A stretch of DNA of 64,000 nucleotides from an uncultured Nitrososphaeraceae archaeon (lineage in GTDB: Archaea; Thermoproteota; Nitrososphaeria; Nitrososphaerales; Nitrososphaeraceae): the NCBI GenBank assembly GCA_963729045.1, contig CAVSMN010000011.1, positions 32,001 through 96,000 on the forward strand, given 5' to 3'. The notes below the pieces were generated by a model. That model searched no databases. It had not been told where the DNA came from and saw nothing but the letters and a program-made list of their open reading frames with translations. Shown piece after piece: positions 1-11,343 of the stretch. Position numbers and translations under genes: made by a program. The stretch's first letter is position 1. The number at the start of each line of letters is the position of its first letter.

Positions 1-353
1 TTTTGGCCAGATCATCCTCAGTTAATATGCCAACCAATCTCGTTCCATTGAAGACGGGCATTTGACTGATGCTGTGGTCACGCATTTTTAGAATTGCTGT
101 ACTCAATGATTCTTCGCTTTGAATAGTTATGAGATCTTTATTGCATATATCACCAGCTTTTATAGACGCATTACTCTCCATCGAGAGCAAAATTTCAAAT
201 ATTCTCTTGGCAGTATCATAACTAGGTTTACATCTGCCTGACTCGATTTGATTAACCATAGACGTACCTGATCCCGCATAAAATCGCTAATTTCTTCTGG
301 GTAACTCCTAATTTTAGTCTGGCTTGTTTGATATAATCAAGTCTAGGTAGCAT
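1..353 (-). CDS. XRE-HTH + CBS domain transcriptional regulator (runs off the window start; one frameshift near 270)
   Basis: Manual translation gives MLPRLDYIKQARLKLGVTQKKLA..[fs]..TSMVNQIESGRCKPSY (XRE HTH), then MRDHSISQMPVFNGTRLVGILTEDDL (CBS). Confidence 0.8.
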
Positions 354-443
354 GCTGAATAGTATATTGCTCTCATCGATTAATAATTCTATAAACTACT
401 AAAGGATTTAGAACGTCTAATAGACTAATGTAATAGTAATCAA

Positions 444-518
444 TGCGACGGCCGGGATTTGAACCCGGGTTACCAGATTGGCAATCTGATGTCCTAGACC
501 AAACTGGACGACCGTCGC
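444..518 (-). tRNA. tRNA-Gly(GCC)
   Basis: Reverse complement GCGACGG..TCAGA-TTGCCAA-TCTGG..GGTTCAAATCCCGGCCGTCGCA forms a full cloverleaf. Confidence 0.96.
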
Positions 519-722
519 ATTCGTGACTTTTTATAAAAATCTAGGTTATATTAATTATATGGTGGCTCATATTGTCATCCTGGTCCGACAAACATGAATT
601 TATAAGTTCAGGACGCACACATAAAATCACAAATCGCAAGATCAGTCTTGTGAATGCAATTAATTGGTTCAAAATCAAATATCTATACATTGATTGGTTT
701 GGAATTGGAAAACGTACTATTG

Positions 723-983
723 CTATAGTTCTATCTCGTGCGTAGGTTCTAATATTTTTTCTGTACCAGTAGGTTTTTTCATAACATTGTACTCTTCAAA
801 AAGTGCATCAAGGGTATCTTTCTTTACAAAAAATTCCTTTTCTATGAATTCAGACTCATGATTGTCATTATATTCTCGAATTAGGACTTTAAAAACTCCC
901 TTCTTTATTTCCCTCACCAAGAAATCGGCATTTTCTCCCTCATAATTAAAGTAGGTCACATATTCAGAAATAGGTACTTCCAA
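723..983 (-). CDS. hypothetical protein
   Basis: 86-aa ORF with protein-like composition; no motif recognised. Confidence 0.55.
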   Translation of the reverse strand: MEVPISEYVTYFNYEGENADFLVREIKKGVFKVLIREYNDNHESEFIEKEFFVKKDTLDALFEEYNVMKKPTGTEKILEPTHEIEL

Positions 984-1129
984 TTTCCCCCAAATAAAGT
1001 CAAAAATTAACTAATATTAGTGTATCAACTTTCAAATGATAAGGTATATAACCACCTCTTAATCTTAAACTAGATCTAAATCTTTTGAAATCCTTTAAAT
1101 TTTAAATAGTAAATAGGTCTTGTACAGAT

Positions 1130-1543
1130 ATGCATAAAAAATATGCTGAAAAACCGCCAATGGTACTAATTTCGGGATCATGTCTCAACTTCAGAAAAGA
1201 AAGAGAATCCATTTTAGAATTAGTGGGTGAATTAGAGTGGGGCTGTCATTATCAATCAAAATTTGAATGCTCTTCCGTTGGAAAGACCATGGGTTGGGAT
1301 TTTTTTAATTTATATTTTGAAATGGAGTTTATAACAACATTATCTCAAGTACATCCAAAGATGCTTAAAGAAGAGGGAAACATTTTAGAACAACAGTTCG
1401 TGTTGTGGCTTGAGAAGCAATTTAAAAGAATGAAAAAGGAGTATCACCTTAAACTTGTTGAAACCCCATATGAAGTTTCAAAAGGGTTTAGAATAGATCC
1501 TGAAAGTTATAGAACGGAGGAGACATTATGGGATTTGAGATAG
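1130..1543 (+). CDS. hypothetical protein
   Basis: 137-aa ORF with ATG start, upstream TTTAAA boxes and a T-tract after the stop. Confidence 0.7.
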   Translation: MHKKYAEKPPMVLISGSCLNFRKERESILELVGELEWGCHYQSKFECSSVGKTMGWDFFNLYFEMEFITTLSQVHPKMLKEEGNILEQQFVLWLEKQFKRMKKEYHLKLVETPYEVSKGFRIDPESYRTEETLWDLR

Positions 1544-1605
1544 GAGATCCTTTTTTTGCACTCTCCCAAAGATATGATTGAATAATTGCACAAATTGGCA
1601 ACAGA

Positions 1606-2571
1606 TTGAACTCGATAATAGTTACTCATGAATCTGATGTTGACGGGGTATTTTCTGCGTCAATAGCATTGATGAGATACCCACAATCCAAATTAGTTTT
1701 TTCCTCTTATGGCAAGGATAACTTTTTGCGGATTTCAGATTTAATTTATAAAGAAGTCGTCTCAAGCCAGGGAAAGGGTTTAGTCATTTTCACTGATTTA
1801 GGCCTTAACGATGAATCGATCTCCCCTATTTCGGACACATTTAGTTTTCTTATGTCAAATTCATGGTCGGTTCTTTGGATCGATCATCATCCTTGGTCAG
1901 AGTGCGCATTGAACCTATTTGACAAGAATAAAGCCCTTCAATTGGTACTTGACAGAGGAGGAAACAAGTGCGCTTCGGAATTGATGTACGAACACCTTCT
2001 CTATGGGAATGATAGAGCGAAGCAATTGGCAAGCATAGCCCACACCTCAGATTATCTTCTAAAAGATCAAGATATTCCTCCCTTACCCGAGTTGATAGTT
2101 TATTATAGGACTCTTTCAAATTTCTATTCAAAGCTTACTGTACTGGCCAAGAGAATTTCTGACGGGATATTGTGGGATACTGAGATGCAGGCAGATTATA
2201 ATACTTATGTCAACCTTCGGAACGAAGCAAAATCAAATTCTCTAAAAATGGTTAGAATTCAAAAGTTATCAGGTGGACTCAATATGGCAGTTGTCCCAGT
2301 TTCTTCTTATATACAAACTAGCTTGTTTTCAGAAGAAATATTCCAAAAAACTAAAGCGGACGTGGCATTCTTCTTTAATAAAGAAGCGAAAGTTAGTATT
2401 CGAAGAAACAATCCCATAATCGAGTGCAACAAGATTGCAGATGAACTCATTGAAGGTGGAGGCCACGAATACGCGGCAGGTGGTAAGATGAAATCTGATC
2501 CCGGTCAAATTGATGAAGTTTTAAAAGAGCTTGAAAATGCTACTGAAACATGGTTAAAAAAAAGAAAATAG
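1606..2571 (+). CDS. DHH/DHHA1 family phosphoesterase
   Basis: THESDVDG, TDLG, IDHH and C-terminal GGGH motifs. Confidence 0.88.
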   Translation: MNSIIVTHESDVDGVFSASIALMRYPQSKLVFSSYGKDNFLRISDLIYKEVVSSQGKGLVIFTDLGLNDESISPISDTFSFLMSNSWSVLWIDHHPWSECALNLFDKNKALQLVLDRGGNKCASELMYEHLLYGNDRAKQLASIAHTSDYLLKDQDIPPLPELIVYYRTLSNFYSKLTVLAKRISDGILWDTEMQADYNTYVNLRNEAKSNSLKMVRIQKLSGGLNMAVVPVSSYIQTSLFSEEIFQKTKADVAFFFNKEAKVSIRRNNPIIECNKIADELIEGGGHEYAAGGKMKSDPGQIDEVLKELENATETWLKKRK

Positions 2572-2581
2572 AATAAAAAAA

Positions 2582-2893
2582 TTATTGAGTTAAAGATACC
2601 TCAATATAAACATCTTCTGGGATTTTGAGACGCATTAATTGTCTGATCGATCTGTCATCTGCCCCCAGGTCAATTACACGTCTATGAACCCTTAATTCAT
2701 ACTTATCCCATGTATTAGTCCCTTGTCCACATGGAGACTTGCGTGTAACGACCCGCATCTTTTTTGTCGGTAGTGGGTGGGGTCCCTTAAGACGTATTCC
2801 GTTTTTTTCTCCAATATCCTTGATTTCGGTACAGACATTTTCCAATGTCAATAAGTTTGTGCTTGTGAGTTTGATTCTAGCTTCTTGAGGCAT
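2582..2893 (-). CDS. rps10: 30S ribosomal protein S10 (uS10)
   Basis: GPHPLPTKK..RKSPCGQGTNTWDKYELRVHRR; lies directly downstream of EF-1alpha. Confidence 0.97.
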   Translation of the reverse strand: MPQEARIKLTSTNLLTLENVCTEIKDIGEKNGIRLKGPHPLPTKKMRVVTRKSPCGQGTNTWDKYELRVHRRVIDLGADDRSIRQLMRLKIPEDVYIEVSLTQ

Positions 2894-2903
2894 CTATCGT
2901 CAC

Positions 2904-4217
2904 TTATTTCTTGTTTGGATCGTGTTTTTCAGTAATGTTTTTTACGATTCCTGCTGCGATAGTTGTTCCCATGTCTCTTAACGCAAACCTCCCAATTTCA
3001 GGGAATTCTTTAAAAGTCTCTATTGCTAACGGTCTTACGGGCCTAATTTTTACTATTGCAGCATCACCTGTTTTCAAAAACTTTGGTTTTTCTTCTACAA
3101 TTCCACCTGTTTTAGGATCAATCTTGGCTACAAATTCTGATATTGTAGCTGCAACTTGAGCTGTATGGGCATGTAATACAGGAGTATATCCGGGTGCCAT
3201 AGCCGTAGGGTGATGAATTACAATAATTTGTGCTTCAAACTCTTTAGCTACACTGGGTGGGCTATCAATATTCCCAATTATGTCACCTCTATGTATGGCC
3301 TTTTTGTCCACACCTCTGAGATTAAATCCAATATTATCTCCAGCTTCGGCATAATCCATCTGTGTATGATGAGTTTCTATAGACTTTATCTCACCGGGCA
3401 CGCCTGATGGCATTACAATAACCTTCTCGTTTGTTTTCATTTTACCTGTCTCGACTCGTCCAACAGGTACTGTACCGACACCAGTTATAGTATATACATC
3501 TTGAACTGGAATACGCAATGGTTTATTGATAGGTTTTTCAGGAGGAGTAAAAGAATCTAATGCCTCTGCTAGTGTTGATCCCTTGTACCAGGCCATATTT
3601 TCAGATTTTTTTACAAGATTGTCACCTTTCCAGGCAGAAACAGGAATGAAGCTTACTTTTGATGTATTATAGCCTACCATTTTTAACATTTTCTCAACAA
3701 TTTCTTTTACCTCATTAAATCGGGCTTCTGCATAATTAACATCATCCATCTTGTTTAAGGCAACTACGATTTGACCTACACCTAGTGTTCTAGATAAGAA
3801 GGCATGTTCTCTTGCTTGACCACCTGGTTCAGTGGCTGCCTCTGTTTCTCCTGGTTTTACTGAAACAACTAGAATTGATGCATCAGCTTCAGAAGCTCCA
3901 GTAATCATATTTTTGATAAAATCTCTATGTCCTGGTGCATCTATTAGCGTATAGAAGAATTTAGGGGTTTCAAATTTTTGAAATGCCAAATCAATGGTGA
4001 TGCCCCTTTCTCGCTCATCTTTTATGCTGTCCAATACCCAAGCATACTTGAAGGTATCACCCTTCCCAGTTGCTTCTGACTCCTTTGCAAAAGAATCAAT
4101 AGTTCTTTGATCTATAACACCTAAATCGACCATTAAATGACCAACAGTAGTTGATTTACCATTATCGACATGTCCTGTAACCACCAAATTCATATGTGGT
4201 TTTTTACTTGCGCTCAT
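2904..4217 (-). CDS. tuf: translation elongation factor EF-1alpha
   Basis: GHVDNGKST, RERGITI, DAPGHRDF and NKMD G motifs; GRFALRDMG. Confidence 0.98.
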   Translation of the reverse strand: MSASKKPHMNLVVTGHVDNGKSTTVGHLMVDLGVIDQRTIDSFAKESEATGKGDTFKYAWVLDSIKDERERGITIDLAFQKFETPKFFYTLIDAPGHRDFIKNMITGASEADASILVVSVKPGETEAATEPGGQAREHAFLSRTLGVGQIVVALNKMDDVNYAEARFNEVKEIVEKMLKMVGYNTSKVSFIPVSAWKGDNLVKKSENMAWYKGSTLAEALDSFTPPEKPINKPLRIPVQDVYTITGVGTVPVGRVETGKMKTNEKVIVMPSGVPGEIKSIETHHTQMDYAEAGDNIGFNLRGVDKKAIHRGDIIGNIDSPPSVAKEFEAQIIVIHHPTAMAPGYTPVLHAHTAQVAATISEFVAKIDPKTGGIVEEKPKFLKTGDAAIVKIRPVRPLAIETFKEFPEIGRFALRDMGTTIAAGIVKNITEKHDPNKK

Positions 4218-4511
4218 AAAAGATAAAAATCATTCAGGGGTTTATTTGTATTTCGCTATCTTATTTTTAATAACGTTTTGAAATCATATTTGTATGATTA
4301 TAGAACAGATCAGTGAACAGCTAAAACAATAAAAACCGTCAGGTTTTATCCCGGGATCCATGATGCTGCATTAATCATCCAATTAATAACCAACATGCCG
4401 ATTTAGTATAGTTCTTGACCTTATCTTAATAACATACTTTTATGAATTGAGGAAGCCGATATCGCTCAAAATTAATACGACTAAAAGTTAGTGATTATTT
4501 ATAGGGTGGCT

Positions 4512-4856
4512 TTATTTTCTGTTATAAGCATCCTCTAACCGAACTATGTCGGATTCATCAAATTCGCCCATTGAGATTTCCAAAATCGTAGACGGGTATT
4601 GCAAATTTTTAACCCTGTGCTTTGAACCCCTGCTAATGAAAATTACGTCGTTTTCATTTAGTATACTTTTATCACCATCGAGTTCCACAGAAATAGAGCC
4701 CTTCAGAACTTTCCACCATTCTTCTCTTTTATGATGATACTGCAAGCTGGTTTGAGAATGTGGATTCAAATGTAATAACTTTACAGTGCATTTTTCATTT
4801 TCAACAAATTTTTCAAATTTCCCCCAGGGTCGATTCTCCTCATAAACCTCTATCAT
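4512..4856 (-). CDS. mannose-6-phosphate isomerase type II C-terminal cupin protein
   Basis: RPWG, SLQYHHKREEWW, HRVKN, EIS.G..DESDIVRLED.Y. Confidence 0.85.
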   Translation of the reverse strand: MIEVYEENRPWGKFEKFVENEKCTVKLLHLNPHSQTSLQYHHKREEWWKVLKGSISVELDGDKSILNENDVIFISRGSKHRVKNLQYPSTILEISMGEFDESDIVRLEDAYNRK

Positions 4857-5009
4857 GTTTCTAGATAGTAATTGATATCGTGTTATTTAAAAATAAACAG
4901 CGCTTTTTTTTGGGCTTTGAAATTCGTAGATAATTCCCATTGAAATTATGTTCGCATTAACAACTTATAGATGGCAATGAATCAGAATCTTCTAATAACA
5001 ATAATAGGA

Positions 5010-5372
5010 CTAGCGGATTGAAATCAAAGAATCATCAAGTGTCCCAAAACATTGGACAAATAGATTATTACTTCTCTTATAGATCCAAGTAGAGAATTCA
5101 TCGAATGTAAATACTCGCTGGTGCTGGATTGCAATCGGAACATAGCCTCCAAATGTTATAACTTGAATCACGACGAAATCTTCATTTACGATTGCAAGTT
5201 CTTGTTCCCCATAATCACTTACCTCATCAAGTAGTGTAGTGTAAAGTATTACGGGCTTGCCTGTTTCAGCAACGGTCTGAGAAAGGTCCATCAACTTCTC
5301 TTTGAAATTGTCAATTAGGCAATCTTCAAAGGACATTTGTTTACTTTCTTGTAGTCTCCGCACTTTTTTCAA
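5010..5372 (-). CDS. hypothetical protein (may extend upstream through frameshifts)
   Basis: 120-aa ORF; frame is open a few codons above the TTG. Confidence 0.6.
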   Translation of the reverse strand: MKKVRRLQESKQMSFEDCLIDNFKEKLMDLSQTVAETGKPVILYTTLLDEVSDYGEQELAIVNEDFVVIQVITFGGYVPIAIQHQRVFTFDEFSTWIYKRSNNLFVQCFGTLDDSLISIR

Positions 5373-5798
5373 GCAATCTTGTTCACTAAAAGAATTTATC
5401 TACATTAAAGATCATTACATTTGACTTTTAACTAATAATCTTTACACATCATTGCCAATTATTTTTCAATTAGTTCAAAAAAAAACTTGCGTTAAAAATA
5501 TGAAAATCAATGAATCAAGATTACCGCCGCCCCCACTCGATAACCTCTAGGAGATGGTTTGCTCTCGAAAATTACTGCTTTGGCTATTATGATTGCTCCT
5601 AGATATTTCAGAAAGCGTATAGTACAAAATTCTTTGATAATTTATTTTGTTCCACACTTTGTTAAAAAAGTGATTAATATATTAGAATACGATAAGATAG
5701 AATAATTTCTATTTTGAAAAGAAGTGATATACATTATTTAACTTCATATTCTAACAATAGTGCAAGAGTTTGCTATAGTGAGATTCGCTACAATGAAA

Positions 5799-8700
5799 CT
5801 AAAGTATGTAAATTGAAATTTCTCTCCCGTCCAATTCAATCTTTTTAGATCCTTTATCTTCATCGGTTTTCTCTGAAAATTCTATTTTGTTTACACGTAC
5901 CAAATTCTGCAGATCTATTTCGAAATCTTGTAATTTCGTAATTTCTTCAGAAGAAAAATTGGAAATATATGCTGTATCCAATATTTGGGTAGGAGAATAT
6001 CCTAATTCTTTTCGAAGTTGCTGAATGTTTCGAGCCAAATCCTTAACTAAACCTTTTATTATTAATTCCTCGTTTCTAGAAGTATTTAACAGGAGAATTA
6101 CATTTTCTTTTTCTCCTACCACATAACCGCTAGTTGGGACAAACGCAAAATCCATGTCGGTAATAGTCAAATCTATAGATTTATTTGGCAAATAATCGAA
6201 ATGATAAAACCCCTCCACTTGGAGCTGTTTGAGGATCTGAATCTTATCTTCACTTTCAAATTTGTCAATTAATAAGCCAATATCACCTTTAACGATCTTG
6301 GCAACACTTTTTCTATTTATGGTAATTGATGGTATTATTGGAGCTTTAAAGTTCATTAAACTTGCTATTTTTTCAACAATAGTATTTGCTTTAATCTCTT
6401 TAACCTCAATATTTTCAATGTTCATCTGTTCTTTTAACAATTCTTTTATCCCTCCCACATTTAGAAATTCAATCTCATCAACGTAAATCAATGCGGATTC
6501 CAGTGGCCACCTCCTTTTCAACTTGTGTCGGTTTCTCAATGAAAATGATAATGATGATATCCCCTTGATCGTATCAAATGCTGTTTCAACTTCTTTATTA
6601 GCTATCAGGGCTAATTCTTCACCCTCAGGCAGATTTTCCATCAGAATTGAATCAAACTGCTTAAAACATGATTGGTAAAGGTATTCGGTAAAAAATGGAC
6701 ATATGGGATGAAGTATTATATCAATAGTCAATAGACAGCGAGATAGAATCCTATATACTGTAAATCGTCTATTCTGGTTATCCAGATCATCGCTCCAAAG
6801 ATCATATCTTATCAGAGGGACATAGGTTTGACTCAATGAATTTATTATAAAGTCTTCAACCGCATGAGAAGCTTCATGAAATCTGCAGTTCCCTAACAGT
6901 TGAGAGGATTCGTCGATTAGGCCTTTTAGCTTTGTTAAATCCAAATATCCTGACTCCTCAGGGAAAGGTCGTTAGCCTTCCAACCCGACTTTGAGTACCA
7001 ATCTCCGAATTTGAATTGATCATAGACAGCATTTTGTTGATAATAGATATGCAAGAAAAAAAGTGTGCTTAAAACCTGATGAGGTCTAGAGGACATTTCT
7101 TTAATGTCAAAATTCAAAGGCTCTATTGGAGAAGATTTCCAAATAAAGTATAATCTCACCAGGTCCACAGGATTGTCAATTAAGAGGGATTTTGCATCAA
7201 CGACATTTCCCAAACTCTTGCTCATCTTGTTTCCTTTATCATCCAAAACATGACCTGTGAACAAGAATGATTGAAATGGAGATTGAGGGCTTTTTTTGAA
7301 GATAACATTTAACATCAACAAAGTGTATGCCCAACCTCGTGTTTGGTCAATCCCCTCTGTCAAAAATTCAGCTGGAATCAGTGTATCGTATTCTGCATCA
7401 GAAAGTGATGAATAAGGGGCACTTCCGCTGTTATGCCATGTATCCAAAACAAATAATTCTCTTTTCATTTTATTTTGACATTTGGGACAATTAATTAAAA
7501 CTTCATCTATCCAGGGCCTGTGCAATTCAAAGTTTTCTCCATCCGGCAAATATGAGGCTCTCGCAACAATTGATTTTCTGGAAAATAACCCTTCTTTAAA
7601 AGAACATTTAGTACATTTCCAAATTGGAAGCGGTGTACCCCATACCCGTTCCCTCGATATGCACCAAGGAACCTTTTCCCTAATGATCTCGAGAAACCTA
7701 TTTTTTGGTTGCTCGTAAAAATAATTTACTTTTGAGGCAGCGACAATGGGCTGGTCTCCTAAAATATCAATCATGTAGAAATACTCCTTCCTTGCCAACC
7801 AAACTATTTTGTGATGAGATCGCCAACATGTAGGATATTTATGAGTCAGTTTGCTGATCTTTACTACCGAATTTGTCAATTGCATATCATTAACGACAAT
7901 TGGGTCCACATCTCTGACGAATTGATTTTTATATTTGCCAGCATCTTTGGTAAAGAATACCTTATCATCAATGGGTACAAAGATTGGTATTTTTCGTCTA
8001 GTTGCAATTTCAAAATCCTCTTCTCCATTTGCCGGTGATAAGTGGACAATTCCGCTACCAGTAGTAACATCCACAAAATTTTCTGCGACCACAAAATGGA
8101 TTTTTCCTTGGGATGCGAGATCATTCAAGCCGGGTATGTTTTCTATGATTGGATGAATGTAATACTGGCCTTCTAATTTTATGCCCAAGAATGTATCAAC
8201 CACCTCATACTTTTCAATCTTCAGGTCGGCCATCAATTCCTTAACTCTATTTTCGGAAACAATCCATTTTTCATTATTGCCTTTAAAATCGACCTTTAAG
8301 GTTAGATATCGAGCCTCAGGGTTTACACCCACCAATTCGTCGGTAACTAGAGTAAAAGGCATTGTAGTCCATACGACTAGGAAAGTTTCTGATCCTTTTA
8401 GTTTTACCTTATAATAGAATGAAGGATCTTCTACCTGCTCATAACTTTGATTGATTTCAGCATTACTTAACGATGTCTGACAAGAAGGACAATATGCTAC
8501 AACTCTAAACCATTCCTTCAATATCCCCTCCTCGAATGCCTTGCCAATGTATTTCCATTCTCTTTCAATATATTGATCAGTATAAGTCCAATAACCCTTA
8601 TCATAATCAAATGACATTCCGATCAAATTATCCACTTGTACCCATTTTTTGTTATATTCAAGAATTAATTTTTTACAAGTTTCGACAATCTTATTGATTC

Positions 8701-9046
8701 CAACTTTTCGAAGATTATCGGATTTATTACCGGTTAAACCTAGAATCTTTTCTGCTTGAAGTTCGACCGGTAAACCTTGAGAATCCCATCCCGGTTGAAA
8801 CTCCATCTTCTTTTTTTCTATTGTAGATTTTCTGAACCATAGATCTTTAATTATTCTACCTCTAATATGCCCCAGGTGTGGCTCCCCATTCATAGTAGGT
8901 GGCCCCTCGACGTAGCCTATTGTCGTTTTAAAATTTTTAGAATCTCCAAGATATTCCCTAATGGTCCTTTTTATTGTGGGATCATCATAATATGCTCTAA
9001 CATGATTTTCAAACGTCTTTAGCTCAAATTTATCCCCCAATTTCAT
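5799..9046 (-). CDS. ileS: isoleucyl-tRNA synthetase, split by one frameshift at ~6940 (probable homopolymer error)
   Basis: GPPTMNGEPHLGH, PGWD, WTTMP, WCISR, EGIDQTRGW, KMSKS; the ORF 5799..6944 supplies the anticodon-binding domain; likely start MKLGDK at 9046. Confidence 0.93.
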
Positions 9047-9077
9047 ATTATATTGAAAATCAAATGTCCATCCATTC

Positions 9078-9124
9078 TTATATTTTTGGAACTTGAAGAC
9101 AGATTTCAAGTTCCAAAAATATAA
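9078..9124. repeat. perfect 20-bp inverted repeat with 7-nt loop, upstream of ileS
   Basis: TTATATTTTTGGAACTTGAA-gacagat-TTCAAGTTCCAAAAATATAA. Confidence 0.95.
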
Positions 9125-9321
9125 TTCGAAATCAGCAGCAGTTGATGAGGTGATCTAATGTTACGAATAAACTCAAATACCCTGTGTGCATGACCTTTGT
9201 ATATCCTACTGAAACTCAGGAATTATAGAAAATTGTAGAAAAGTTTCTCTCGTATAGGAGCAGGTGTATATGGATTCCTCCCACAAATAGAATTATATTA
9301 AAATTGTAAAAATCAATTGTT

Positions 9322-9855
9322 ATGAATAAGTTTAATCAAATCGGAGCAGGAAAGAATCCACCCAGTGATATTTATGTAGTAGTTGAAATTCCTAAAAATA
9401 GTAATATCAAGTATGAATTGGATGAAGAGACTGGGATTCTATTTGTAGACAGAAAACTTCACACCTCCATGGTATATCCATTTAATTATGGATTTGTTCC
9501 TCAAACTAAGGAAGAAGACGGGGACCCAATAGATATCCTGATACTGAGTAACGATCAATTTTCTCCACTTTCAGTGATCAAATCAAAGCCAATTGGTGTC
9601 TTAATTATGGAAGACGAAGAGGGGAAGGACTCTAAAATTATAGCCGTACCACATGAAAAAATTGATTTTGATTACTCTAGGTTCAATGAAATAGATCAAT
9701 TGGATGGTCGAACTTTAGATAAAATAAAGCACTTTTTTGAACACTATAAGGAATTAGAAAAAGGCAAGTTTGTAAAAGTCACAGGTTGGGAGAATAGCAA
9801 GGTAGCAGAGCGGATAATTAATGAGGGGATTGAGAGGTTTAAGAAGGAATCATAG
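9322..9855 (+). CDS. ppa: inorganic pyrophosphatase (family I)
   Basis: KYELD, YPFNYG, DGDPID, DSKIIAVP, HFFEHYKELE. Confidence 0.96.
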   Translation: MNKFNQIGAGKNPPSDIYVVVEIPKNSNIKYELDEETGILFVDRKLHTSMVYPFNYGFVPQTKEEDGDPIDILILSNDQFSPLSVIKSKPIGVLIMEDEEGKDSKIIAVPHEKIDFDYSRFNEIDQLDGRTLDKIKHFFEHYKELEKGKFVKVTGWENSKVAERIINEGIERFKKES

Positions 9856-11151
9856 GGCTTTAAATTGTTCACTCCAACGCATATAAGCTCTTATCATATC
9901 TGAACTCACGCTAGGCTTTCTTACTTTAAACATTTCTTTGAAATCTGCCAAATTCAATTCTCTAGGTAAATCATCTTCAACCAATGGTTCACCTTTTTCA
10001 AAAAGTTCATTCACAACCCTTAGTTGTGCAGACTGACAAATGTCTTTGATATCACTAGCACTATAAGCTTCCGAAAGTCTCGCCAATTCGTCTATTTTTA
10101 GTAATGGGTCTTTTGTTAATTTTGAAACATACTGTTTGAAAAGGTTCCGTCTGGAAGCCATATCAGGAAGGGTTACATAGATCCTCTTTTGAAACCTCCT
10201 CAAAAATCCAGATTCAAGACTCCAAGGTTTATTGGTTGCACCTATTACATAAAGGAATGATTCTTTAGATTTTCCATTAATTCCATCCATTTCGGTCAAA
10301 AATTGATTCTTTACTCTGACTTCTCCTCCAACCTCTCCATTCCTGGTCCCTAATAGGGAATCTATTTCATCGATAAATAACAATATTGGGATTTTTTCTT
10401 TCTGGTGCAAAGCCCTCGCAAAAGTAAATAGTTTTGAAATATTTTTCTCTGCTTCTCCTAACCATTTGCTCATCATAGAGGCTGCATCAATATTTATGAA
10501 ATACCCGTGTATCTCGGCTGCTGCAGCGGCGGCAAGTAAGGTTTTTCCGCAACCAGGAGGTCCAAAAAGCAGGATTCCTCTGGGCCAACCCAGTGGGAAT
10601 AAATCAGCACGTCTAGTTGGGTATACAATAGATTCACGAATAGCTCTTTTGGCATCTTCAAGGCCCACTACCTCTTTCCAACTCACCAAAGGCTTTTCCT
10701 TTAGTATCAGGTTTTCTAACTCTGAACTCAACTCTTGTATCTTGTTTGAATCTGGAGATTGTGAGTTCTGCCGTCCATGATGAATATCGTTGTGCAAATT
10801 TGTTTTATTAGGAGGAATAACGTGATTAATTCTTGAGTTAATTTTTGGTAATTGATTATCAATCATACCGGTTCTCTTAGATTCAGGCTCAACGGAAGAC
10901 TGCCTATCATCCTCTAATATGCCATTTGCCATTTGTATAGCCTTTATTCTGTTCTGATAAGCACCCGCCCTCTCTAGATAAACTCTATTTAATTTATATT
11001 CTGGATAAATTTGGACTAACTTTATTAATGCTTCACTAGCCCTCTGGTAGGAGTTTATTGCTGATGAATGTGATCCTTGAGAATCGAGTTTGATCGCTTC
11101 GGCGGCATATTTGCTTGCAGTATTCTCTAATTCCTGTGGTGCAAGTGTCAT
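9850..11151 (-). CDS. cdvC: Vps4/CdvC AAA ATPase (MIT + AAA)
   Basis: N-terminal MIT helices (A.EAIKLD..G..AI..Y), [29 protein letters not shown]. Confidence 0.9.
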   Translation of the reverse strand: MTLAPQELENTASKYAAEAIKLDSQGSHSSAINSYQRASEALIKLVQIYPEYKLNRVYLERAGAYQNRIKAIQMANGILEDDRQSSVEPESKRTGMIDNQLPKINSRINHVIPPNKTNLHNDIHHGRQNSQSPDSNKIQELSSELENLILKEKPLVSWKEVVGLEDAKRAIRESIVYPTRRADLFPLGWPRGILLFGPPGCGKTLLAAAAAAEIHGYFINIDAASMMSKWLGEAEKNISKLFTFARALHQKEKIPILLFIDEIDSLLGTRNGEVGGEVRVKNQFLTEMDGINGKSKESFLYVIGATNKPWSLESGFLRRFQKRIYVTLPDMASRRNLFKQYVSKLTKDPLLKIDELARLSEAYSASDIKDICQSAQLRVVNELFEKGEPLVEDDLPRELNLADFKEMFKVRKPSVSSDMIRAYMRWSEQFKAL

Positions 11152-11343
11152 AGTATTATGTTCTCATGTTATATTTCCTATTTGTTTGATAGGATATGAA
11201 GTAAATAGTTTTAATCAAAAGAATAAAAAAAAATAAACCTTTTTTGTGTTAATCAAAAGGGAATTGTAGTTGTCTTTTTTTTAATTATTAATATAAATAT
11301 TTTGACACATGTTCTTACTATCCCTTGTGATACGATATTAATC

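Noticed and set aside
560..655. Short hairpins upstream of tRNA-Gly (e.g. TCGCAAGA/TCTTGTGA)
   Set aside because: No box motifs or coherent fold; insufficient support
6935..6944. Programmed frameshifting or naturally split IleRS/PheS
   Set aside because: Indels are scattered over many unrelated genes and homopolymers; error is more likely
9138..9216. C/D box sRNA (TTGATGA ... CTGA)
   Set aside because: No closing stem in K-turn register, no clear C'/D' boxes and no recognisable target
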